DNA of 50,045 bases, filler included, from an uncultured virus (IMG/VR IMGVR_UViG_2061766007_000581) (lineage: Duplodnaviria; Heunggongvirae; Uroviricota; Caudoviricetes). It is 2 parts of one record of this genome, joined end to end, with 100 filler letters (N's around TTAATTAATTAA, not from the genome) between each part and the next. Parts side by side here need not be neighbours in the genome. Positions count along the whole stretch, not along the records: positions 1 to 21,364 come from IMGVR_UViG_2061766007_000581; positions 21,465 to 50,045 come from IMGVR_UViG_2061766007_000581. One strand, written 5' to 3'. A program made the translations under genes and the position numbers. The notes beneath the pieces were generated by a model, which saw only the letters and a list, made by a program, of their open reading frames with translations, was not told the origin of the DNA and did no database searches. Of this stretch, positions 20,990 through 29,532 are shown one piece after another; within the stretch, counting starts at the first letter, position 1, and each line of letters begins with the position of its first letter.

Positions 20990-21482
20990 AACATGTGTAT
21001 AAATGCGACAGCTGCAGGAAGATATTCGACAAAGAGAGCGAATGTCTTGAACACGAGAGAAAGTGCATGTCTCTTGAAGACGCAGAGACACATCTCAACA
21101 GATACTTCGTTCACGAAAATGTCGAAGATACGTATAAGTCANNNNNNNNNNNNNNNNNNNNNNNNNNNNNNNNNNNNNNNNNNNNNNNNNNNNNNNNNNN
21201 NNNNNNNNNNNNNNNNNNNNNNNNNNNNNNNNNNNNNNGCGCATGGTGGACATCCTCGAGGATTACGACAAATCTGACGAATTTGAATTCAGAGAGTGGA
21301 TGGACAGGCTCAGCCCCTATGCAGATATGCAGATCGTAGTGAAGGGGGTGAAAGAATGACCAATNNNNNNNNNNNNNNNNNNNNNNNNNNNNNNNNNNNN
21401 NNNNNNNNTTAATTAATTAANNNNNNNNNNNNNNNNNNNNNNNNNNNNNNNNNNNNNNNNNNNNCGTATATGAGGTGAAGGA

Positions 21483-21920
21483 ATGACCATTGCATTATTT
21501 GATCTGACAGAACATACCCAGATGAGTATCAGAGGAACAACGGGAACACATCCCGACAGCAAGTATGTGTTCGGCATACACATCGGCACCGATGAGATAC
21601 ACGCCGAACAGTTGGGGCTCACACCCGACATCAGTGCATACGATGACATGGACTGGTCCAAAGCGGTGGAGCTGGCAAAATGGATAACGGAAGGCCACTG
21701 CAAAATCCACCCCGAGTCGATACAACTTACAGACAATTGTAGTATGCGCCATGGTTGGGATGATCCTACTGCCGATTTCAAATATACTATAGGCATCAAT
21801 GTGCCTAAGAAATCATCATTGTGGGGTATGATCACAGACAGTTGTGGGAAGAAACGTGCCAAGAGGTTGGCAGATTGGATCCTGGAATGGGATGAGAGGT
21901 TCAAGGAGGAGAAGGAATGA
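21483..21920 (+). CDS. Hypothetical protein, long (two-repeat) allele
   Basis: 145 aa; GAGGTGA RBS; variant at 22169-22606. Confidence 0.65.
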   Translation: MTIALFDLTEHTQMSIRGTTGTHPDSKYVFGIHIGTDEIHAEQLGLTPDISAYDDMDWSKAVELAKWITEGHCKIHPESIQLTDNCSMRHGWDDPTADFKYTIGINVPKKSSLWGMITDSCGKKRAKRLADWILEWDERFKEEKE

Positions 21921-22102
21921 ACAGGATCAACAGACTGAGGTTCAAGGAGTATGTCCATTCCAAGGACAGGACATACCAGAGCATCGCAGATGCCGTAAGG
22001 TGCCCGAACATCGTCAACGAAGGCCGTTGGAGATATTTGGACAGGAGATGCATTGATTACCTCTTCGAAGTCTGCAGACCGTATTGGGAGGCGAAGGAAT
22101 GA
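21917..22102 (+). CDS. Hypothetical protein
   Basis: ATGA coupling on both sides; shares A.RCPN...CRP.W with 22603-22815. Confidence 0.5.
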   Translation: MNRINRLRFKEYVHSKDRTYQSIADAVRCPNIVNEGRWRYLDRRCIDYLFEVCRPYWEAKE

Positions 22103-22168
22103 CTGAACTCAAACCGTGTCCGTTCTGTGGCNNNNNNNNNNAGTATTGGACGTATACGAGGTGAGGGA

Positions 22169-22606
22169 ATGACCATTGCATTATTCGATCTGACAGAACA
22201 CACTCAGATGAGTATCAGAGGAACAACGGGAACACATCCTGACAGTAAGTATGTGTTCGGCATACACATCGGCACCGACGAGATACATGCCGAACAGTTG
22301 GGACTCACGCCTGACATCACTGCATATGAAGATATGGACTGGTCAAAGGCAGTGGAGTTGGCGAAATGGATAACAGAAGGTCACTGCAAAATCCATCCCG
22401 AGTCGATACAACTTACTGACAATTGCAATATGCATCATGGTTGGGATGACCCTACTGCCGATTTCAAATACGCTATAAGCATCAATGTGCCTAAGAATTC
22501 ATCATTATGGGGTGCGATCACAGACAGTTGTGGGGAGAAACGTGCCAAGAGGTTGGCAGATTGGATCCTGGAGTGGGATGAGAGGCTCAGGGAGGAGAAG
22601 GAATGA
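22169..22606 (+). CDS. Variant copy of 21483-21920
   Basis: Near-identical protein. Confidence 0.6.
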   Translation: MTIALFDLTEHTQMSIRGTTGTHPDSKYVFGIHIGTDEIHAEQLGLTPDITAYEDMDWSKAVELAKWITEGHCKIHPESIQLTDNCNMHHGWDDPTADFKYAISINVPKNSSLWGAITDSCGEKRAKRLADWILEWDERLREEKE

Positions 22607-22815
22607 CAGAGATTATGTTCAATCCATTATTTGCTACAGGAATAGATTGGGATTTTCAAATTAAACCTGTAGAAAGGCGTCCGATACCGGCAAAATATTA
22701 CGGGCACAGACACATCATACGAGCAATAAGGTGCCCTAACAAACCATTGATCGTACGCAATGGCGACGTACCTTTTTCAGCAATCGGATGCAGACCTTGG
22801 AGGGAGAAAGAATGA
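22603..22815 (+). CDS. Hypothetical protein
   Basis: ATGA coupling; AT-richer. Confidence 0.5.
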   Translation: MTEIMFNPLFATGIDWDFQIKPVERRPIPAKYYGHRHIIRAIRCPNKPLIVRNGDVPFSAIGCRPWREKE

Positions 22816-23000
22816 GCAAAGTAGAAGGATACTGCCCGCACGGCGGTATGGGGTATTTCACGTGCCCGAACTGCGGATGCGGAGAATGGGAGATGTACGC
22901 GCAGAGTGCGCCGGCTGACAGGTCGAAGACCTGGACATGGGAGTACCATTGTGCCAGATGCGGCAAGATGATGGGGCTTACGCTCAAAGGAGATGAATGA
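22812..23000 (+). CDS. Small Zn-finger protein
   Basis: CPNCGC...CARCG; ends GLTLKGDE; copy at ~25698-25825. Confidence 0.6.
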   Translation: MSKVEGYCPHGGMGYFTCPNCGCGEWEMYAQSAPADRSKTWTWEYHCARCGKMMGLTLKGDE

Positions 23001-23439
23001 AATGAAAGAGGAAAGAAGACTATCGTTATACGAAAAGGTCCTGCTGAACTATGCAGAGAAGAAGAACATCGGCATCACATACACGCCGTCCGATCTTGAA
23101 GTGAAGAAAGAATACGGCATCGATCCGGTGCTCAGCGATCTGAGAGGACAATACAAGGCAGATCTTGCCGATCTGCTTGACGGATACAAGGACAAGGATG
23201 ACCTGACACAGAAGGAAGGTTTCGATATGCTCTTCGTGTCCAACGAGGACGGCAGTGTCTATCAAGGGTTATATCTTGATGATACACTGCAGTACATGCC
23301 GACATGGGGCAGACTCTCTGTATTCCGCCTCGATCTCAGATCCGGGGACACGGATGAGATGTGGGTGATGTCCGCTAAAAGGACGGATGACGACAGACTC
23401 ATACTGAGGGCCAGTTGTGTATTGGAGGAATCGATATGA
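22993..23439 (+). CDS. Hypothetical protein (DLAD.LDG...TQKEGF family)
   Basis: Shares this motif with 25818-26336. Confidence 0.6.
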   Translation: MNEMKEERRLSLYEKVLLNYAEKKNIGITYTPSDLEVKKEYGIDPVLSDLRGQYKADLADLLDGYKDKDDLTQKEGFDMLFVSNEDGSVYQGLYLDDTLQYMPTWGRLSVFRLDLRSGDTDEMWVMSAKRTDDDRLILRASCVLEESI

Positions 23440-23570
23440 ATTTCGGAGAAGCATTGAATGCACTGATGAACGGCAAGAGAGTACGCAACATGAGATGGAA
23501 CGGCAAGAACGCCTACCTGTATTATGTGCCCGGCAGGGTCATCCCTNNNNNNNNNNCACACTCAAAGGAG

Positions 23571-23795
23571 ATGAATGAAATGAAAGGAAAACTCTACAAA
23601 GAAAAAAGAGATTACGTATTGCTATTGGACGACGGACGCGCACTGAGGGGTTCGAAGATCGATATGAAGAAAGTCGGCGACAAGACCGTCGTCCACATAT
23701 TTGATTCGCCCTTCAGTCTGCTGCCGAAGAAGAGAACATTCTTCAATCTGACTGATGAAACAGTAGCATTGGATGAATTGGAGGAAGAGATATGA
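23571..23795 (+). CDS. Hypothetical protein
   Basis: Occupies the same slot as 22993-23439 in another haplotype. Confidence 0.5.
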   Translation: MNEMKGKLYKEKRDYVLLLDDGRALRGSKIDMKKVGDKTVVHIFDSPFSLLPKKRTFFNLTDETVALDELEEEI

Positions 23796-24035
23796 AATTC
23801 AGTGAAGCATTGGAAGCATTGATGAACGGCAAGAGAGTACGTAACATGAGATGGAACGGCAAGAACGCTTACCTGTACTATGTGCCCGGCAGGGTCATCC
23901 CTGCCAGCATGTGGAAGGACTGTCACGACTCTCTCACCGACAGCGAGAAGCTCAGGGGAGAAGTGGAGATCCTGGGCCACATCGATATGGTGACGAACGA
24001 CGGCAAGAGACTGATCGGCTGGCTGGCGTCACAAT
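23792..24035 (+). CDS. DUF2829 / Tad2-like anti-defence nucleotide-sponge protein (3' end in gap)
   Basis: MKFSEALEALMNGKRV...WNGK...GWLASQ signature; another partial copy at 23436-23546. Confidence 0.7.
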
Positions 24036-24208
24036 ANNNNNNNNNNNNNNNNNNNNNNNNNNNNNNNNNNNNNNNNNNNNNNNNNNNNNNNNNNNNNNNN
24101 NNNNNNNNNNNNNNNNNNNNNNNNNNNNNNNNNNNNNNNNNNNNNNNNACACATCGATTGCTCGGTCAGAGAAGGGAAGATGCCCTGCACGAAATATGAG
24201 GCGATAGA

Positions 24209-24592
24209 ATGAGAACAGTATATGTGCTGATGTATTGGTCCGATGAGGACGGTATGATGGATGTTCCTACGAAGAAAAAATCTCCGCCGAAGCTGAGACC
24301 GTACGCAGTCTTCGAGGACAGCATAACGGCAGAGAAGATGAAGCGCGACGGTGACGAGATCATCAGGGTACCGTTCTTTGAAGATCCAACAGAGAGGACT
24401 TTACAAGCAATCGAGAGATACAAGGAAGAGAAGCCTCAGCTGATGGAGCAGCCATGGAAGGTGACCTATAGCGGCAGCAACGAGCGCTGGAATAAGGACA
24501 GCACGATGGCACCGCCGGATTACAACACCTATCCCAGAGTGACCTGCAGCAAGACCGTCGACGAGCACACTTGGAGGGACAGAAGTGACTGA
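24209..24592 (+). CDS. Hypothetical protein
   Basis: Variant at 27331-27702 with a divergent middle. Confidence 0.6.
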   Translation: MRTVYVLMYWSDEDGMMDVPTKKKSPPKLRPYAVFEDSITAEKMKRDGDEIIRVPFFEDPTERTLQAIERYKEEKPQLMEQPWKVTYSGSNERWNKDSTMAPPDYNTYPRVTCSKTVDEHTWRDRSD

Positions 24593-24782
24593 TGACGAAT
24601 GGCCTTGGAAAGGTGCGAGGGATGTGTGCTGGCACTGCGGCGGTAAGCTCATTTGGAAGAACGACTTCAGCTATGAGGATGTCTACGGCGAGGGAAAGGG
24701 CATCGTCACGTACCTCATGTGCTCCGAGTGCGGCGCCCGTGTGCAGTACGAGCTCAGGGATGACGAGGAGGACGAGGAATGA
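24585..24782 (+). CDS. Small Zn-ribbon protein
   Basis: CWHCGGKLIW...CSECGA; variant at 27704-27901. Confidence 0.65.
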   Translation: MTDDEWPWKGARDVCWHCGGKLIWKNDFSYEDVYGEGKGIVTYLMCSECGARVQYELRDDEEDEE

Positions 24783-24961
24783 AATATCACGCCGTGTTCT
24801 TCGACAAGACCGGTATCCCGTATGTGACGGTGCAGAACGAGGATCGTGATGATGCAACAGAGATGATGACGGACCACATCGGCAAGAAGAAGGCTGAGTA
24901 CATCACCGAGTTCCGTGCATCGGACGATCATATCGTGATAATCTTCAAGGAGGCGGCATGA
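24779..24961 (+). CDS. Hypothetical protein
   Basis: ATGA coupling. Confidence 0.5.
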   Translation: MKYHAVFFDKTGIPYVTVQNEDRDDATEMMTDHIGKKKAEYITEFRASDDHIVIIFKEAA

Positions 24962-25173
24962 TGAAGGCCGTAGCTTACGATCCGGCCACACAGACCATCC
25001 GCCTGTGCAAGCTCAAACGCACCGGTGAACAGGTGCTGATGACCGAAGCACATGAAGATGTTACAGAAATGTGCGTGCGTGCTGTGGTGGCCATGCTCCT
25101 CGAGAAGGGGCCGATGCCCATGAGACTCAACGGGAAGGATCTCGTACTGACGATCGCGGAGACGGGGGCATGA
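24958..25173 (+). CDS. Hypothetical protein
   Basis: GGAGG RBS, ATGA coupling. Confidence 0.5.
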   Translation: MMKAVAYDPATQTIRLCKLKRTGEQVLMTEAHEDVTEMCVRAVVAMLLEKGPMPMRLNGKDLVLTIAETGA

Positions 25174-25817
25174 ACTTCGACATGGAATTTCTGGTCCCGC
25201 CGGCCCGTATGACCTTCGAGCAGGCACAGGATCTGCAGAGGTTCGCCGATGCNNNNNNNNNNAAGCGAGGTGTAGACTGAGTCGATGTAGATGTTATTCG
25301 CCTTGCAGAGCATGTTCAGCTTGTTCCAGAGCAGAGGTGACATGATCCAGAACTTGTTGTCTGTCTCTCCGCCCCAGTTCTGCATNNNNNNNNNNCCCGT
25401 GTGACAGTTGCAGATTCAAGAGTATGAATTTTTCCGGGGGTAAATGCCCGAATTTCAAGTTCTTCTTCGATGCGTTTATGCTCGCATACGATGGAGAATT
25501 GAAGACCGATACTTGCGAGGAGTGGGAGGCGAAGNNNNNNNNNNGATCCTTCTGCCTGCGAGACCGGAGGATGAGAAGCTTCCGGTGTCATCCCAGGTTG
25601 TACCCCAGGGGAGGATCATGTTCGCGGTAACAGATGTTCCGCCGTATGATTCTCCGAACTCCTGTGAGGATGAGAAGATCCTTGCGANNNNNNNNNNGTG
25701 GATGCGGAGAATGGAAGATGTACGCGCAGAGTGCGCCGGCCGACAGGTCGAAGACTTGGACATGGGAGTATCATTGTGCCAGATGCGGCAAGATGATGGG
25801 ACTTACGCTTAAAGGAG

Positions 25818-26336
25818 ATGAATGAGATGGTGTTTGAAACAGACAAAACGGACATCATGATCAACTACCTGCACCGCAGGAAGGGGATCGATGTAGAACT
25901 GCATATGAATGAATACGACATCGATGCGGACGGCATCGACTGGACACAGCCCGGCGATGATCCTATGGTCTACAGGAAGGATTACGATCGTGATCTGGCC
26001 GACTTCCTCGACGGGTGGGATGGAACGACCGACATCACCCAGAAAGAAGGGTTCAATGACCTTTTCGTGAGAGGTAAGATCCACCCTGATGCCCCCGAAG
26101 GCAGCGCAAGGTATGACGGGCTGTTCCGCAACACGACAGTGTTCGTCTCAGTGCAGCCCGATAAGATCCCGACGATATGGCTGGAGAATGCCAATGGTGA
26201 ATTGATGCCGGATGCAGTAGGGCTGTTCAGAGTCCGCAGGATCGAGAAGGGCGAAGACATCAGGACGGGCAGACCGAGACTCTACATGCGTATCACAGGA
26301 GGGGCCTGGGAACCTATTGAGGAGGAGGAAGAATGA
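25818..26336 (+). CDS. Hypothetical protein (DLAD.LDG...TQKEGF family)
   Basis: 172 aa; paralogous to 22993-23439. Confidence 0.6.
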   Translation: MNEMVFETDKTDIMINYLHRRKGIDVELHMNEYDIDADGIDWTQPGDDPMVYRKDYDRDLADFLDGWDGTTDITQKEGFNDLFVRGKIHPDAPEGSARYDGLFRNTTVFVSVQPDKIPTIWLENANGELMPDAVGLFRVRRIEKGEDIRTGRPRLYMRITGGAWEPIEEEEE

Positions 26337-26713
26337 ACAACGAAGAATTCCAGAGATTGGTAGAGGACACCGTGTTGACAAAGTTCGGAGGAACGAGAGA
26401 AGAATACGATCTCGCCCTTGCGAAGGTCATGGACGGATGGGATAACAGTTATGACTGGCTGGCAGGTCGCGACGGTTTCATAAATGTGTTCTGTAGGATT
26501 CCGGAGGACACAGAAATGTTCTATGCGCTATATATCAACGGGTATCTGATGTACGACCCCAAATATAACAGGCTCGACCTGATATGCAAGGACAACACGT
26601 GCGTGCATCCCGATGATGGGTTCTCGGCCAGAGTGGTCAGCGCATCGATCTCCAAGCCCGTCAATGGTGACCCGAGAGAGCTTCTGTTGTCAACATATTA
26701 CGTTATCGGAGAA
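26333..26713 (+). CDS. Hypothetical protein (3' end in gap)
   Basis: YDLALAKVMDGW...DGF resembles the family motif. Confidence 0.5.
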
Positions 26714-26723
26714 NNNNNNNNNN

Positions 26724-26999
26724 TTCGGAGAAGCATTGGAAGCATTGATGAACGGCAAGAGAGTACGCAACATGAGATGGAACGGCAAGAATGGATATCT
26801 CTACTATGTGCCCGGCAGGGTCATCCCCGCCAGCATGTGGAAGGAATGTCACGACTCTCTCACCGACAGCGAGAGACTGAACGACCAGGTGGAGATCCTG
26901 GGGCACATCGACATGGTGACGAACGACGGCAAGAGACTGATCGGCTGGCTGGCGTCACAATACGACCTGCAGAGTGAGGACTGGGAGGTGCTGGAGTGA
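26724..26999 (+). CDS. DUF2829 / Tad2-like protein (5' end in gap)
   Basis: FGEALEALMNGKRV...WNGK...IGWLASQYDLQSEDWEVLE; further 3' copy at 27068-27164. Confidence 0.75.
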   Translation, partial: FGEALEALMNGKRVRNMRWNGKNGYLYYVPGRVIPASMWKECHDSLTDSERLNDQVEILGHIDMVTNDGKRLIGWLASQYDLQSEDWEVLE

Positions 27000-27160
27000 T
27001 CCATCAGACACCGATCCTCGGACAGGAGTACGACCCTTCCACCGAGAAGACCTTCGCNNNNNNNNNNACACATCGACATGGTGACGAACGATGGAAAGAG
27101 ACTGATCGGCTGGCTCGCATCACAGTATGACCTGCAGAGCGAAGAGTGGGAGGTGCTGGA

Positions 27161-27334
27161 GTGATCCATCAGACACCAATCCTCGGACAGGAGTACGACC
27201 CTTCCACCGAGAAGACCTTCGCCGACTGCATGGCCTGTATCAACAACAACGCAGGCTCCTGCACCGTGAAGCACATCGACTGCTCTGTCAGAGAAGGAAA
27301 GTTGCCCTGCACGAAATATGAGGCGATAGAATGA
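27161..27334 (+). CDS. Small Cys-rich protein
   Basis: GTG start overlapping upstream TGA; CMAC...C...C...C. Confidence 0.5.
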   Translation: MIHQTPILGQEYDPSTEKTFADCMACINNNAGSCTVKHIDCSVREGKLPCTKYEAIE

Positions 27335-27702
27335 GAACAGTATATGTGCTGATGTATTGGTCCGATGAGGACGGTATGATGGATGTTTCTACGGGAGAGA
27401 AATCTCCGCCGAAACTGAAACCGTACGCAGTCTTCGAGGACGCCATAACAGCAGAGAAGATGAAGAGGGATGGCGATGAGATCGTCAAGGTGCCGTATTT
27501 CCGTAACGATTGTTCGAACCCTCTGACGATCACCGACGACGACATGAAAGGCATACCGCTCAACAGCAGCCCTTGGAAGATAACCTATCAATCGACACCG
27601 TGTAAGGACAGCACGATGGCACCGCCGGATTACGACGCCTACCCCAAGGTGACCTGCAACAAGACCATCGACGAGCACAGTTGGACCAACAGGAGTGACT
27701 GA
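27331..27702 (+). CDS. Variant of 24209-24592
   Basis: Shared N- and C-terminal sequence. Confidence 0.6.
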   Translation: MRTVYVLMYWSDEDGMMDVSTGEKSPPKLKPYAVFEDAITAEKMKRDGDEIVKVPYFRNDCSNPLTITDDDMKGIPLNSSPWKITYQSTPCKDSTMAPPDYDAYPKVTCNKTIDEHSWTNRSD

Positions 27703-27703
27703 C

Positions 27704-27901
27704 ATGGCTGACAACAAGTGGCCTTACGAAGGGGCAAGGGATGTCTGCTGGTATTGCGGTGGCAGGCTGATCTGGAACAGTGACTTCAATTACGACGAGG
27801 TCTTCGGTGAAGGAGAAGGCATCGTGACATACCTCACATGCACAGAATGCGGTGCTGAAGTGCAGTATAGCAAGAGGGATGATGAAGAGGAGGAGGAATG
27901 A
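27704..27901 (+). CDS. Small Zn-ribbon protein
   Basis: CWYCGGRLIW...CTECGA. Confidence 0.6.
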   Translation: MADNKWPYEGARDVCWYCGGRLIWNSDFNYDEVFGEGEGIVTYLTCTECGAEVQYSKRDDEEEEE

Positions 27902-28255
27902 TGTATCACAGGATCTACATCCTCAGAAAGAACGGTCAGATCGACGAATTCACTTCGCCCGACAGCATGGATGATGCTCTCGATATCGCAGCGGTGCACA
28001 GTGTGCCTGCAGTTGCGATGGAGACTATCAGGGCCGATGACCGTGAGGTTTGTATAGCCAGAGAGATGTGACGTATCTATGAGAGGATGCGACACTTGCG
28101 GCAACTCCGGCGGGAAGAGACACGACGAAATGGGCAGAAGCTATCGTCTGTGCGATGTGTTCGGTGAGACCGCCGAGGTCACCAACTGCCCTGCCTGGAT
28201 ACGCGCTCCTGAGAAGAGACCGCGCATCAGGCCCTAAACCTTTTTTCCACAATTC

Positions 28256-28263
28256 TTTATAAA
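28256..28263 (+). promoter_or_regulatory. TATA box
   Basis: TTTATAAA 22 nt before ATG 28286; preceded by a T-tract ending the small-ORF array. Confidence 0.55.
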
Positions 28264-28285
28264 TCCCCCTATCGATGGAGCAACC

Positions 28286-29227
28286 ATGGCGGAGGACGGA
28301 GGGGACATCGGTGTCCTCACCACGGTCGCGGCGATCGCGAGCATGGTGAGGATAATCAAAGATATACTCGACCGTCCGAAGTCAGGAGAAAGTACTATGG
28401 TTGCAATCCCTAGTGATATGGAACTCTATGTTCTCATCGCTTCCATCGCATTCGCGGTGTTCTTCGGTGTCGCCACATACCTGTGGAGATACGCTGAGCA
28501 CAACAAGAGACACGGTGAGAACAGACAGACGAACAAGCTGTTCGGCAAAGGAGCGATCGGCTTCATCGGAGCTGAGATCTTCGCGATCGCACTCACCGCG
28601 GTCATCGCATTCTACGGAGCCGCCGTGGCACCGTTCAGGCTCGGCATCGTCGAGCCCGAGCTGGTCGACTACATCCTCGCCGCAGGTGTCATCGCACTCG
28701 TCGGCGGAATCGTGTTCACCATTCTGTTCAATGAGGGAATCTCCGGACTCGGAAAGTTCCTCAAACAGAAGGTCGACGAGACCACAGAGGCACTCAAAGG
28801 CGTCTCCGAGGCAGTCCTTAAGGCAAAAGAAGTCGCAGAAGCAGAAGCGAAGAAGTACGGCATGAGCAAGAAGGCCACTAAGGCCTATGTCGCAGAGAAG
28901 ATCGCAGAGGCAGAGGCGGCAGAAGCCAAGGCAGAGGCTGCGAACGACGACATCGTTGTCCCTTTGGAGGCGAAAGNNNNNNNNNNAGTCTTCACCATTC
29001 TGTTCAATGAGGGAATTTCCGGTCTCGGAAAGTTCATCAAGCAGAAGGCAGAGGAGACCGTCGAGGCAGCGAACGACTTCGCAGAGGCGGCAAAGAAGCT
29101 CGGTCTGAACAAGAAACAGACCAAGAAGTTCATCGAGATGAAACAGCTCGAGGCCGCCATGAAGGCCGCAGAGGAGCCCGTTGAGGAAGCCCCTCAGGAG
29201 GCTCCCGCAGAGGAGGGAGCACAGTGA
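28286..29227 (+). CDS. Multi-TM membrane protein with charged helical C-terminus (holin-like candidate; C-terminus present as two variants)
   Basis: 3-4 hydrophobic helices followed by an A/E/K-rich tail; gap at 28977. Confidence 0.6.
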   Translation: MAEDGGDIGVLTTVAAIASMVRIIKDILDRPKSGESTMVAIPSDMELYVLIASIAFAVFFGVATYLWRYAEHNKRHGENRQTNKLFGKGAIGFIGAEIFAIALTAVIAFYGAAVAPFRLGIVEPELVDYILAAGVIALVGGIVFTILFNEGISGLGKFLKQKVDETTEALKGVSEAVLKAKEVAEAEAKKYGMSKKATKAYVAEKIAEAEAAEAKAEAANDDIVVPLEAKXXXXVFTILFNEGISGLGKFIKQKAEETVEAANDFAEAAKKLGLNKKQTKKFIEMKQLEAAMKAAEEPVEEAPQEAPAEEGAQ

Positions 29228-29463
29228 TCGCCAAGCCCGTCACCATCACCTACAATGTTGACGAGCAGACCAACATCGGTGTCCTTGACGGCAAGTACGT
29301 CAAGTTCGCGGTCGATGAGGCTGGTGTCGAGAGCTCTGCGGAGATTCTCGTCGCCGACGCAGTCAACGAGTACGTCGCAGCACAGATCAGGGTACCTGAC
29401 GAGTTCGCGGAGATCCGCGAGGCCGTTCAGACCAAGATCAACGCCCTGCAGGCAGTTCTCTGA
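29224..29463 (+). CDS. Small hypothetical protein
   Basis: GTG start overlapping TGA, strong codon bias. Confidence 0.65.
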   Translation: MIAKPVTITYNVDEQTNIGVLDGKYVKFAVDEAGVESSAEILVADAVNEYVAAQIRVPDEFAEIREAVQTKINALQAVL

Positions 29464-29471
29464 AACCTTTT

Positions 29472-29490
29472 AGAGGGCATCTTGCCCTCT
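29472..29490 (+). terminator. Hairpin after 29463
   Basis: AGAGGGCA-TCT-TGCCCTCT followed by T-rich sequence. Confidence 0.45.
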
Positions 29491-29502
29491 CATACCTTTT
29501 AT

Positions 29503-29510
29503 TTTTAATA
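29503..29510 (+). promoter_or_regulatory. TATA box
   Basis: TTTTAATA 22 nt before ATG 29533. Confidence 0.55.
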
Positions 29511-29532
29511 CTCCCACCTCGTTCATTCACCT

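Noticed and set aside
15167..21360. Large tandem duplication of the small-gene block (15.2-16.9 kb vs 19.8-21.4 kb)
   Set aside because: Near-identical, N-bounded copies are best explained by co-assembled strains
21409..21420. TTAATTAATTAA palindrome flanked by long N runs
   Set aside because: Looks like an artificial all-frame-stop linker used when concatenating contigs, not biology
25263..25687. Minus-strand capsid-gene fragments inside the small-ORF array
   Set aside because: Short N-bounded pieces with synonymous variants of 47020-47400; misplaced haplotype contigs
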